Origin: Pseudogymnoascus verrucosus
Taxonomy: Eukaryota
Length of the DNA: 64,000 bases
Assembly (NCBI GenBank): GCA_001662655.1
Contig: KV460231.1
Reading direction: 5' to 3' (one strand)
The translations under genes and the position numbers were made by a program. Of this stretch, positions 37,095 through 49,721 are shown piece after piece (the first letter of the stretch is position 1; the number at the start of each line of letters is the position of its first letter). Below the pieces are notes generated by a model. The model had not been told where the DNA came from. It saw only the letters and a list, made by a program, of their open reading frames with translations, and did no database searches.

Positions 37095-38807
37095 AGGCAG
37101 CCGTCACAAGTTGCACCTGCTTGAATCATAGCGTAGCGAAATGATATCAAGCCACGGCATCTGGGCGTAGGCGTTTGTTTGGACATTACGGGATGCATCA
37201 TCTCCAGAAACAGATCTGAGAGCATTAGTGAGAACCTGGTTTTTTGTTTGGTGGGTGACGCTGTTGGGAATTATATAGAAAACGACCTTTTGATTTATTG
37301 TATATAGGCAAAAGCTGGCTCGGCCCACAATATAAAGTGGTATTGAAGAACTTTGCTGTTGACTGGATGTTTGATCTCCGTGGCCGATACCATGGAGATA
37401 AGTGCGACTTATCTCGGGGTGTGTGACCTGTGTTTATATCAGGGACTGTGTTTACAAAGGGAGGTTGGGAACAAAGCCGAATTCGGTTGGAAGCGGAGTT
37501 GAGGCCGAAGGGCTGAGGCCGAGGAGCTGGATGGCCGACAAAGGCATCCATAACAATGAGACCGAGCTACAAAGAACTATGTGTATCAGTGCCGCCTCAG
37601 TAATTATAAGTTCAAATCAAACCAACGGCACATAATTCCATCAACCTGTAGATTCAAATTCCGGCCGCTGGAAGCGGAAACGGTGTATCCGGAGCAACTC
37701 TTGATATCTGAGATACCAACGGACGGGATGTGCAGCGGAAAGTCTCATAAACACAGAAAGATTCTTGATTCGTATAAAAGTATATTTCGCCGCAGACGTA
37801 TAATGCTGCCAGCTCAAGTATTTAATTGTAGTCCGCTGGAATGCGAGAACAGAATATCCAGCTTGGCCTGCTCATACCAGGGCACTGACAGCTGAAACTG
37901 GTAGCGGAAACTCTAGCAAACGCCTATAAGGGGGTCAGTCACTGAGAGGGCTAGGGCGAGCTAGCCGGTGCAATATCCCACGATTTGCCGCCATTCGGTG
38001 CTCTCGGCTGCCGCTGAAGTGAATGGCCACCGAGAAAAGGGGTTTGTGTCGGATAATATAACTTCAAGCTCGGCGAGGGGCGGCATCGGCGTCGGCGAGA
38101 ATAAGTGAGTAAATATATATATGAAACTGTAATTATCATGATTAGTATCTTCGTAAAGCCCTGTGTTAGTAATAGTAACGTTCGGCCTCCCTCTGCTTTC
38201 CCATTCTCCGTAGCAACCCAGGTAACCTGCGCGTGGGCAGTGTCCTGCCGCCCACACAACCCCTCGATCTTCCTCCATTTTCACTCTTTCCACCCACAAA
38301 CGTCAACAACAGCAAGATCAACCACAGCGCCCACCAAACCAAACAAACCAAACCAATACCAGCAACACCATCACCATTTCTCAGTAAGTCTTCTTCATGA
38401 TATCAATCTCAGGTCATCTTATACTTACCTCCTTTCTCCTTCCAGCTCCGAAGGAAAAGTGCATTCGTGCCGTGCATCCCTCGAACCAAGGGACCATTTT
38501 CCAGGAGAAGATTCCGGGTGAGTTCCACCGTCTCAAGCCGAAGACAGCTCTTGACTGACTTGATATATAGGTCCAAGATCCGTTCAGTTGGCCAAAGAGG
38601 TCAGCTCAGAATTGCAACGACATTGTAAGTTCACCTCCCTTTAACCCTTTCTCCTTCATAGCCTTTCAACCACCCCTACCCGCTTCCAAGGACCGAGAGC
38701 ACAGAGCAGCTCTCTGCTTCCTTGATGATTCACTTCTCATTCCTCATATTTGAATCCCTTGCTGACTGACCACCACAACCAGATCCGAAGATTATTGTGC
38801 CAACACA

Positions 38808-41800
38808 ATGTCTTCGAAGGACAACACCACCTCGACCCTCCCCAGCCATCGTCGCGCCAAGTCGCACGATGTGCGCTCCACCACGGCCGTCGAAGGCCCT
38901 CGTCCAAGCCTCCCGGGATCCATCCCCTTCTACCCTCGCGTGTTCGGACTCGGCCTTGGTTTCGAGTCGCCCACTGAGCCCGGCGATCTAGCCGCAGCTC
39001 AAGCCGCACCCGTTTCCTCGGCTGGAGAACAGCCCATCCTGGGCACCGACACCGAGGGTAGCGCTGGTGAGGGCGCTGTATCAGCGTCGCCCGCTGGTTG
39101 GTCGCAGGTGTTAAACCCTCTTCCAACCATGGCGACCGGCGCACCTTTGCCCCCTATTATAAAGGGGGTCACCAGCTCGGATCCCGCGGACTTGGAAGCC
39201 GCCGCCGCCGCCGCCCCGCCCCAGCCACCACTTTCCAAGGTGGCTACTCAGGGCCCAGGAGGCAGCAGCAGCGCGGCTGTCCGCTCTCACGAAGCGGTTG
39301 CGTCCTCGTCGTCCGCCTTCTCCAGAGGCGGCTCGACCCGCACCGCCGTCCGCGAAGACCAGGACCGAGTGCGCCCCCCGACGCGCCCCCATCCACCACA
39401 ACTGCTCCCCGGCTTCGTGAGCCCTCGCAGCCGTCGCGACGCCCGCATCCAGACTGGCGCCCAAGCCGGCCCCAGCAGCAATGCTGGACGCCGCCCAGTC
39501 ACACCTGTGCACCAGGTGATCCCCACCTACGATCAGCGTAGGGAGGCGGAGGATGCGTGGCTCCGGCGCGAGGAGCTTCACCGCCGCGAGTGGGAGAGGC
39601 AGCAGGAAAGACAGCTGTCGGAGTTCAACGGCAGCGCCTGGCACTACCCCGTCGGTGCTGTCGTCCGTCGGCAGCCATTCGTGGTTGCCGGACCCCGAGC
39701 TCCGATAGCCCCTGCCGCCGCCGCTGCCGCCGGTCCAGCTTTCCTTGGCCGACCGCGCGGCAACTCCCAGGCTTCGGCCATTGAGCAGGCCTCTGCTTTT
39801 GGGAATGTCGTGCCTGGCCCCTCGCACCGCGCCCGATTCGTCAGCGTCCCAGCTGGCGGGTACGGCGCCGTTGACGATCGCCAGACACGCATTCGCAGTC
39901 CGAGAACCGCCGCCGTTGCCTCGTACGCCGATTCTCCCGGTCATGGACCGTACCTTGGGGGTTCCCGCTTGGAAGGCCAGGGTGCTTATACGGAGCACCC
40001 GAGCCCCAGCACCCCTGAGGGCATGACGCGGGAGATGTACGAGATGATGTGTGCGTTCAGTGAGGACGTGCGCCAAGAGCAAGAGGACGTGGATGAGGAG
40101 GTGGAGGATGAGGGAGAGGCTGCCGCCGCCGCCGCTGCCGCCGAAGCCGCGAGCTTCAGAATGCCAATGCCGGGCATCAACCAGCACGGCCATCTCGAGC
40201 TGCTCCGCGGTCTAACCCGGGCAGAGTTCGAGGCCGAGCAAAGCCAACTCATGGCTGATGCCCTGGCGTTTTCTGAGCTCGTCGGCGCGGAAGAGGAGGA
40301 GGAGAAGGAGGTCGCTGCCGCCGCCGCGCAAGAGGCCGAGGATCGTCGTCGTGATGCCAACAGGCACCGACACCCTCGTGTCTCGTCGCCGGGCGCCGCC
40401 TCCGCGTCCTCGTACTACGGTACTGGGACCCTCGATGCCGAGACGTGGCAGGCAGCCGAGGATGAACTGTGGGACGTGCTGAATCGGCGCAGAGTCCCTA
40501 GCTACGACGAGAAGGGCGCGCTTGTGTTCCCGACTAGCCCGTCAGCGGCTGAGATCGCACGGGAGCGCGCCGCTATCTTCAAGCGTGCTAGGAGACGCGC
40601 CGAGGAGGCGGTAGGAGGAGCGTCGCAGGGTGCTGGATGGGGCGGTGAGGGTCCACTTGACAGGAACCCCCCGCAGATCCCGTTCGGTATCCCTGAGGAT
40701 ATATATGATCAGGCCTGCGCCTTCAACGAGCAGGTGCGTCAGGAGGAGGCGGATCGCGAGCGTGCGGAGGGCCAGGCTGGTCCTTCGCACACAAGCCCGC
40801 TGCCCGCCCCTCTCGCCTGCCCACCAGGCCTGATCGAGTGGGGTGTGACGGAGGAGGGCCTGATTTCGGCGTGGAGGAACCACGTGGCTCAGCAGCCAGC
40901 TGGGCCACACGGTCCCCCAGCAGCTGGATCAGGTGTTGAGCAGCACGGTGCTCAACCCCCTCCCGTCCACCACCACGATCCGTTCGACGAGCGCGATGTG
41001 GCGGCGATTTCTCGGAGCACAGCAGCAGCAGCGCGATCCGGGATTCTTCTGGGTCGCAGCAGCGCGCGGCGCAGCTCGGCGAGGAACGCCACGCGCGGCT
41101 CCTATTATCCCGCGGAGATCTCGACGGGGAGTCCTCGCCCAAGAGGACGCGGTGTTGTCGTAGGTGAGTACGTTGCTCCTCCCGAGCAGGCAACCCCCCT
41201 TCCGGCCCGTAGGAGGGCCATGCGGACACCGTCGCCGTCGGTGTACAGTAGGACCTCCGGCTTTGGCACTGTCCAGGCCGCGGTCCAGCGACCTGTCATC
41301 AGCGGGGTGTCCAGTCCTGATCGTGGCGATGTCTTCGGGTCGCCTTCCATTGAGTTGGCGCCTGTCTTCGCGGGCATCCAGAGGAGGAACCTAGCTTCGT
41401 TTAACGAGCAGGTGAACTCTGGCTCTGACCCCGTTGACGAAGACACGTCGCGAGAGGGACAGGAGAAGGAGGGGGTTAAGGGTAAAATGGTGATCCGAAA
41501 CGGATCCGCTGCGCGTGCGTCCTCGTCGTCTCTGAGCGATGGGGGGGGCCATGCATCCAGATGGGTGTATGAGAGCCCCTCCATCGGCAAGATGGACTTC
41601 GGTCCCCCCAGAGACAAGGGCAAGCGCGCCGCGACCGCTTCGGAGGTGGCCGCGCAGGTCGTCGAAGAGGAGATGCTGCTTCTTGGCACTTCTGCTTCGC
41701 CTGCTGCAACCGAGATGGAGAGGGATGAGGGAGAGGGTGAGGGTGTTATCAGACCCCCCAGCCCAGCCGTCTCGCAATCAGAGACCCTGCTGGACGATAG

Positions 41801-43394
41801 CGGGTCACGAGACGAGCTCCCCCCTCCTCCCCCCTCTCCAACTCCACCACCACCACCATCCTCAGCCGCAGCGCCGATTTTGGTCCCGCTCCTCGCCGGC
41901 GCACACCGAACCCTCGATCTCGACGAGGACTTCGAGTACGACGCCGGCATCGAGGCAGCGCCCAAGTCGACGCGTAGGGCGAAGGTCACGGGCGGACTGC
42001 GCGGATTCGCCAGGGGCATCAAGGACGCGCTCTCGTCTTCCTCGCGGAAGGCAGCTGCGCGTCCACCCCCCCAGCAAGCCGCCGCAGTCGCGACCCCAAG
42101 GCCGGAGATCGTAGATGGAGAAGCGAACCAAAGCACCGCGACAGGTCTGAGCGTCGGTGGGCGACCGGGAGTGTTCGCGTCCCTCACAGGACGCTTCACT
42201 CCCCGTCCTGGCAGTTCAGCCAGCGCCCACCGAGCGCCTCTCGCAAAAGTCAGCGGAACTGGCTCCCTGGGGTCACGACGCTGGCCGGCGCGCAGATCGT
42301 CGCTGGCGCGCGCATTCTCGATCCCGAATCTTCGGTCACCTTCCCTCACGGCTGGGACCCTTAATAAGCCGCTTCCGCAGACGCCGTTGTTCGTCGTGAG
42401 AGAGACGGCCTCGGGCGATGAGGCGTCGTCTACTCCGGACATCGGGGAGTCTGTGGAGTCCGTTGGGTTTCTTCGTCCTGTCACCGCCGCTGTGGAGGGA
42501 CAGTCTCTAAGACGGGGCCGCTATGTTTCGTTCGCGGATCAGCACCCCAGCACAACCGCCAGATGGCTTCGGTCATCTGGTAGTGCTCACGAGATTGTCC
42601 CCCGCGGCGAGGAGCAAAAAGAGGAGCCCACTCCCGTCCGCGCCCAGCAGCAACAGCGCATCGACGATCTCTCAGCCGCCCTCGAGGATGCCGAGAGTTC
42701 GCGCCTAGCAGCTGAGGCGCGCGCATCAGCCGCAGAAGCGGAGCTCACTCGCGCCCACGCCGAGCTGGACGTCTACGTTGCGGAAGCGACGGTGGCCCAG
42801 CGCGCGCTCACGGCGGCACGAGTCGAGTTCCAGCTGCAGCTCGACCTTGCGAGGCGGGAGACCGAGCGGCACGCTGCGGAGACCGAGCGTCAGCATGAAC
42901 GCCACTTGGACTACCTTCGCGTTCTGGCGGAGGCCCATGGGGCGGAGCGACAGGGTCTGGAAGCTCAAATCGCCATGCTGTATTCTGCAGTTGGCGGTCT
43001 CCAGACTCAGTTGCTGTATGCTGGCGTCGGCGTCCCGCAGCAGCAACAGGGAGGAGCGCGAGGTGCTCGCCAGTCGTTGCAATTCCCGGCTGCCCCAGCG
43101 GCGGCCCAGCAGGAGGAGGGGACTGCTGCAAATGAACCCCTCCCACCACCACAACAACCACCCAGCCCCGAGTTCGTATACCTCGGACCCCGTCACCGCT
43201 TCGGCAGCCGCCTGCCCGAACCGGGACTCTTCCAGATCCTCTCCCACCCCATCCCGCTCCCGCCCCAACAACCCCCCTTCGCGCCCTCGGAGTCGGTGCG
43301 TCTCGCGAATCGTGCGGGGCGCCTGGCTGCTGAGGCGGGGGGGGCCGAGTATAGACAGCGCATGAGGCGGAGACAGGTGCCTGACTCGGATTGA
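38808..43394 (+). CDS. Large low-complexity orphan protein (1528 aa) with short internal repeats and a C-terminal coiled coil
   Basis: Single 4.6-kb open frame, ACA ATG context, preceded by three apparent introns; helical segment RIDDLSAALEDAE...LEAQIAML. Confidence 0.8.
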   Translation: MSSKDNTTSTLPSHRRAKSHDVRSTTAVEGPRPSLPGSIPFYPRVFGLGLGFESPTEPGDLAAAQAAPVSSAGEQPILGTDTEGSAGEGAVSASPAGWSQVLNPLPTMATGAPLPPIIKGVTSSDPADLEAAAAAAPPQPPLSKVATQGPGGSSSAAVRSHEAVASSSSAFSRGGSTRTAVREDQDRVRPPTRPHPPQLLPGFVSPRSRRDARIQTGAQAGPSSNAGRRPVTPVHQVIPTYDQRREAEDAWLRREELHRREWERQQERQLSEFNGSAWHYPVGAVVRRQPFVVAGPRAPIAPAAAAAAGPAFLGRPRGNSQASAIEQASAFGNVVPGPSHRARFVSVPAGGYGAVDDRQTRIRSPRTAAVASYADSPGHGPYLGGSRLEGQGAYTEHPSPSTPEGMTREMYEMMCAFSEDVRQEQEDVDEEVEDEGEAAAAAAAAEAASFRMPMPGINQHGHLELLRGLTRAEFEAEQSQLMADALAFSELVGAEEEEEKEVAAAAAQEAEDRRRDANRHRHPRVSSPGAASASSYYGTGTLDAETWQAAEDELWDVLNRRRVPSYDEKGALVFPTSPSAAEIARERAAIFKRARRRAEEAVGGASQGAGWGGEGPLDRNPPQIPFGIPEDIYDQACAFNEQVRQEEADRERAEGQAGPSHTSPLPAPLACPPGLIEWGVTEEGLISAWRNHVAQQPAGPHGPPAAGSGVEQHGAQPPPVHHHDPFDERDVAAISRSTAAAARSGILLGRSSARRSSARNATRGSYYPAEISTGSPRPRGRGVVVGEYVAPPEQATPLPARRRAMRTPSPSVYSRTSGFGTVQAAVQRPVISGVSSPDRGDVFGSPSIELAPVFAGIQRRNLASFNEQVNSGSDPVDEDTSREGQEKEGVKGKMVIRNGSAARASSSSLSDGGGHASRWVYESPSIGKMDFGPPRDKGKRAATASEVAAQVVEEEMLLLGTSASPAATEMERDEGEGEGVIRPPSPAVSQSETLLDDSGSRDELPPPPPSPTPPPPPSSAAAPILVPLLAGAHRTLDLDEDFEYDAGIEAAPKSTRRAKVTGGLRGFARGIKDALSSSSRKAAARPPPQQAAAVATPRPEIVDGEANQSTATGLSVGGRPGVFASLTGRFTPRPGSSASAHRAPLAKVSGTGSLGSRRWPARRSSLARAFSIPNLRSPSLTAGTLNKPLPQTPLFVVRETASGDEASSTPDIGESVESVGFLRPVTAAVEGQSLRRGRYVSFADQHPSTTARWLRSSGSAHEIVPRGEEQKEEPTPVRAQQQQRIDDLSAALEDAESSRLAAEARASAAEAELTRAHAELDVYVAEATVAQRALTAARVEFQLQLDLARRETERHAAETERQHERHLDYLRVLAEAHGAERQGLEAQIAMLYSAVGGLQTQLLYAGVGVPQQQQGGARGARQSLQFPAAPAAAQQEEGTAANEPLPPPQQPPSPEFVYLGPRHRFGSRLPEPGLFQILSHPIPLPPQQPPFAPSESVRLANRAGRLAAEAGGAEYRQRMRRRQVPDSD

Positions 43395-43450
43395 GATCCA
43401 GTTGGGTGGCCTTGTCTTCGTTCCCTTTTCCAGAAAGGATGCGGCTCGGG

Positions 43451-43918
43451 ACAGCCAACGTGGCTTCGGACTTGTTGTTCGGGGCTTTGTTTCACATGGC
43501 TGTGCGGGGGTGTGGGTGAGCAGCCGACGTGGCTGAGAACGGTTTCGAAGTTCTCGGCTTTGTTTCGCATGGCTGCTCGAGGTGAGAGGAAGTGATTGCA
43601 GCCAACGTGGCGCAGGAGATCGAGCCTTTAGGCAGTCTTCTCGCTTTGTTTCGCATGGCTGCATCTGGAATCCCGGCGCGACCAACGTGGTCCTGGAGCC
43701 TCTCTTTCCCTTGCTCCTCGACTTTGTTTCGCCTGGTCGCCTTTGACGGGGACAGCCAACGTGGCAGGAGATTCTCGCCATCAGGCACTCTCCTCGCTTT
43801 GTTTCGCCTGGCTGCCTCTGTGCTGGTATCCGACGAAGAAGAAGAGTCGCCAACGTGGTCGGTGACTGACGTTTTGACGTCCCGGCTTTGTTTCGCATGG
43901 CTTCTTCTCTCTTCTTCT
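43451..43918 (+). promoter_or_regulatory. Tandem array of six structured RNA elements in the probable 3' UTR (candidate cis-regulatory motif)
   Basis: Each unit: outer stem, ACGT, inner hairpin, TTGTTTC(G/A)C(A/C), outer stem; compensatory changes in both stems. Confidence 0.8.
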
Positions 43919-45283
43919 GGGTTGTTGTTTTGGTCACTGTTCTCTTCTCCTGTGCTTTTGCGTGTCTGTCTTTTTGTCTTTGTGTTCTCCGGCCCTGTGT
44001 GGTTTTTGCGGCGTGTGCGCGTCTGTGTGCTTCTCTCTGCGTGTGCGTGTCTGGCTTTGTGGCTTTTGTGTTTTGGGCTCTGTTTGCTCCTAATTGTCAG
44101 TTTATATCCTGACGCAGAGTTTGTCAGCCACCGTGCCTGTTCGTCATTTGGCGCCTGGCTTCTGGCTTCTTGTATGTAGAATAAAGAAGCTTTTTACTCA
44201 CTGCTGGTGCATTTGCTAGCTGTGCTTGTGTGTTTGGTGGTGGTGTACTGACAATAGGGGGTCCGATGCTTGGTCGCTCGATGGAGTGGGATGGGTGTTA
44301 GAAACTGGAATAAGGATTTGGGAAGATGGATTCGATGAGACTCACCAGTGATGGGAAGTACCTCACCTCCCCTTCATCTTGATATCTGCTAACTCTCACT
44401 CAAAAGAGCAAAAAGCCGCCTCTCCCATGGAGTTTGTCGTTGTCGACTCCCCTGCCGCCGATGAAGAAGAAAAAGGAGGAAAGGGGCCCCAAAAGCGCAA
44501 GCGTGCGCGGTCAGTTAGGGCGAGGGCACCGCCTCCCCCGCAATTTCCGCTGAGTCGACACCTCTCCTGCGCGACGACGTCGTTACAATGGTCACGCGGT
44601 GGCAAAGAGGTGAGGAGGGACAAAGGAAGGGTTGAGGAGGGAGGAGGAGTGGGGGGGGACACGACATGTTGGTGTGAAGGTTTTCTTGTCACTGTCATGC
44701 TTGAGGAGAAGGGCAACTTATGTTTTATTTTGAATGAAATGTTTTCTGATGAACGCATGAGCACAGTGATATGGGTGTGAGACTACCCACGGAATCAGAT
44801 ACCCAGTGGGACAGAGGGGGACTGTGGACTTCCACGCATCCATCCTCCTGCAGCTTCTTCTTGTGAAGCTGACTCCAGCTTTGGATATACCGATTTCAAC
44901 TTGATGCAGATATCACCAACGACACAGCACAGCTTGGATACGCACAGCATAATCACCAGTCGACCATACACAGCAAGCAAGCACTTGACTCACTTTCATG
45001 CAGTACTGACAAGAAACCTCCCAGGGAGGGTGATGCATATCACCAAGGAATGGGGAAGGGGGATGTGCACTAGGCACATTGGTGTGGACACTATTCACTC
45101 ACACTCACACAAGCATGCCGCCTCACGCAAGCCGTCACACGGCCCCCCCACGCCTCACAACACTCCCTTTCTCACCGACTCACCACCCTACCCACCGACT
45201 CACCTCTCAATACGCACCCTTCACCCGTCACGACAACCCCCTATTCACCAGCCTACGCCGCAATACCCACCAGACAAAGGGGA

Positions 45284-45405
45284 CAATAGCACCACAATAG
45301 CACCACAATAGCACCACAATAGCACCACAATACCCACCACAATACCAACACAATACCAACACAAGACAATGAAAAGAAAAAGACAATGAAAAGAAAAAGA
45401 CAATG
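45284..45405. repeat. Short tandem repeats (CAATAGCACCA)n and (GACAATGAAAAGAAAAA)2
   Basis: Directly visible 11-bp and 17-bp tandem units. Confidence 0.85.
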
Positions 45406-46201
45406 ACAAAGACAAAGCAGAGTGAGCAAAAAGGCGGTATTGTTCAAATAATCTTCCATTCATTCCCCATTCCTCTCCTTACTTCTCCCCCTATCTCTCT
45501 CCATCATACTCTCTCTCCCATACTACCCCCCATACTCTCCATACTCCCCTCATACTGTCACCATACCATCTCTCCATACTCTCCTTCTCTCCCTTTCTCC
45601 CCTTCTCTCCTTCTCTCCCCCCTCTCTCTGTCTGTCTGTCACTGTCTTAATTTCGCTTTCCCATACAAGACAGACAGCAGCCATCACCATACTGCAAGAA
45701 AAACAAATCAATCGGAGTAGTAAGTCCCTAATCGTTACGCCTAGCAAAAAAAAACACTCATCGCGGTATCACACACCACCAGAAAACACACAAGAAAAAA
45801 AGGATGTGGTTGAAGAAGAAGAAGAAGAAAGACAATCCCCTCCTGGTTTGTTCCGATTTGGCCTGTTTTCATCCCAAGAGTTCTCCAGCTTTTGTCGCAT
45901 CGTCGTTGTTCTTTTGTTCCAAAAAATAAAAAGCTTTTTTGTCGATATGCTTTTATGCTAGCTCCAAGAAGAAGAGAGAGGAAGGAAGAAAGGATATTCG
46001 CGCTTTCGCATGGTTGGTGCACAAATATTGGACTGCTGGGCAAAGACTGACTTGCTCTCGGTAGCAATGTCATCGGATGCGAAGGTGAAGGGCGCGCTGA
46101 GGTTCGAAAATGCGGTTCGGAAAGCCTTGAATTTGTCGATCGATCTGAAGATGGGCTGGGTACAATTGCGAAACCAGGTCGGGGATATACAGTCAGGTCA
46201 T

Positions 46202-47180
<979 letters not shown>

Positions 47181-49658
47181 ATCTGCGGTTTGGAGAGGAG
47201 GTGGAAAATGCGCGGGTATGTGGTATCCTCAGCAGCAGCCTCGGAGAGAGCGAGCTGCCTTGACGGGGTGTGGAGGGTTGTTGGTTGGAGGTGTGTGGAG
47301 GAGGGTGGATGCGGTGTGGCGGATTGAATTGTGGGAGGAGGTAGGTCGCGGGGTCGAGTTGTGGAATGGGGGTTGTTGTTGATTGCGTTTGATTGCGGAA
47401 GTTGCGGTTGTTGGTGGAGGTGGAAATGGAGGTAGGTTGTTGGTTTGTTGTGTAAGAGTGGTGGAGGTTGTGGTGGTTGTGGTTGGAGAAGAAAGATTGT
47501 TTCGAAGTGAAGTGACAGGAACACGGGCGAGACGTTTGAAGGAAGGAACGGGGCTTGCTTGGTTGTCTGTTGGCTATCTGTTTTCTGATGACAGGCGGTG
47601 ATTGTGGTGGTAGCGGTGGTGGTAGTGGTGGTGGGTAAGCTTGGGGATTGGCGCAAGGTTTGGGCGAGGGAGTAGCGTGGTGTATTAGCCGGGTGGAAGC
47701 GAGGGGGAGCTTTATCGGTGAGAGATTGCGGTGGGGAGGTAGGTGGGTGGGGACTGAGGGTGAGGAATGAAGAGAGAAAGGGTAAAAAGAAGAGAGGTTT
47801 TGGATTTGGAAAGAGGAGAGGAACAAAGGGGTGAAGATTGAGGATGAAGATGAGGATGGATTATGAGGTATCCTTAGTTTATATGTATGGGTTGTTGTAG
47901 TGTAAGTACAGAAGAAGGTAAGAGGGTGCGTGTGGTCTGTGGTGTGTGGTTGAAAAGGGGGTTGTGGCTTGAAAGTGGTAAGGCTGGTGTTGGTGTTAGT
48001 GGGTGTGGTTGGTGGTTAGTGGTTGGTGATGGGTGATGGGTGGTGGTTGAAGGGTCAAGTGGTGGAGAAAGTGCACTGTTGCTGCTAGATTACTAGATTA
48101 CAGTTATGTACTGTACTGGAGTAGAGTACGAAGGTTTATGAGCTTGCAGGGTTCACGACACGACGCAGACCGTTGACTGTGATGCAGCTGGGTGGACTGC
48201 TGTACTGTACTATACAGTATAGATCGTCGGTGTAGAGTGCAGAGTATAGGGAGTACAGTATAGAGGTTATACCGGTATAGTTCTACGAATACCCTCGTTC
48301 TCGGTGGTGTTCGAGAACAGTATCTTATCTCGAGGATGTACTGTACACTTTGACGTGCTATCCATCGCAATACACACACTCACCACCAGCCAAAAGCACC
48401 ACCGCCACTACCCGTTGTCAAACCTGCCAAAATTCCCACAAATTCCCACAATAACCCGTACCGCCCTCCCATCCCCTCCCTCCCATCCATCCTCCCCCTA
48501 AGAAACCACCGCAGCAAACCAAACAAGGATTCGTAACGCTTCGAACTGTAATTACCGTACGCCATGGTCCCCTAATCCTGTGGGGAAAAGGCGTGCAGCT
48601 ACGACACACGCTATAGTTGTTTTGCCATGCTATAAGCGTCGTTTGGCTGCTTCGCATTAACAGTACCTCCCTACGTATGCCTATTTAACCAGGGGCCTCG
48701 CACTCCTCTAACTGGCCCATCAAACCATGAAACGACGGGCATAAACGACTAGAGTAAGAGTACATAAAGCCGCCTACTAGAGGAAAGTGTACATAAGCAC
48801 TGTAAGTATCAGTTCGTGGGAATCGAATCCTAGCTTGCCACGGGCAGGTAAACTGCACTGCTGCATGTATAATTTCTTCCAGAATCCAAGGAAGGGTTGG
48901 TTGGTCTTCTATTACGGTCCTTCTACTGCATCTCATGCTCATGCAGAGTTTCGGCTTCATATGTCATGCATTGAGAAGGATTCAGGATCTCTTACAGAAG
49001 AAGGTTACTCGGCTTCTAATCTTGTAGAGAAGAATGGTATGAGTCTCTTAGGGAGGGGGAGGGGGATCTGATATTGGACGTCGAACCTGTACTATAAACA
49101 CTTTCATCTATTAGACCTACTAAAGTATCTCATATCCCATATAACATATCCCACCACACCAGCTCACAAACACTCCCATCTCCTCCCCCTCTAAAAAACC
49201 CCTTCCTAGCAAAACAAATCACTCCCCCATCTCCTCCTATCCCCTTCCACCAAGCCAAAAATTCACTCCCCTCCTATCCCCACCCCTCAAAAATCCCCTC
49301 CAAACACTCCTAACCCCATCCGTCCCCAGTAAATTAACCTCAACCTCACATCACAACCAGAAACACACTACCCTCCCTCCATCCCAATGCAGTCTAGCGC
49401 CGTGACCTAAAACGAAACCAAATGCACCCCTACCCTACACGCTAAGGTTTAATCTCCCGAACCAGACTGGACTGTGCGCGAGGTGAGGTGAGGGAGGTGA
49501 TGGTGTCAAGTTGTCAGCCTTGCGCGGGAGGCTGATCTTTACACGTTCGAGATCAGTTGCTCATCAACGTATCTGTGGTCGTGGGATATATGTGGTAGTA
49601 TCGAAGTCGATATCGAACTGGGAAACGCAATACTTCGAATACTTAGAATACTTTGAAT

Positions 49659-49695
49659 AGACCAGACCAGACCAGACCAGACCAGACCAGACCAG
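49659..49695. repeat. Pentanucleotide microsatellite (AGACC)n
   Basis: About 7 perfect copies just upstream of the next ATG. Confidence 0.9.
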
Positions 49696-49721
49696 GGCAA
49701 TCAACGCAAGGAAACGACATC

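Noticed and set aside
37400..38100. tRNA or other ncRNA in the PIK1 downstream intergenic region
   Set aside because: No cloverleaf or A/B boxes; only short chance stems.
43451..43918. CRISPR-like repeat-spacer array or hammerhead/hairpin ribozyme (GCGAAAC on minus strand)
   Set aside because: Eukaryotic context with no cas genes; variable parts are self-complementary stems; no CUGANGA core; G-U pairs favour the + strand.
42726..43937. 403-aa minus-strand ORF with QPCETK repeats
   Set aside because: Shadow of the RNA motif array and antisense to the large ORF.
44379..44780. Short ORF with KRKRAR motif
   Set aside because: No recognisable domain or splice support.
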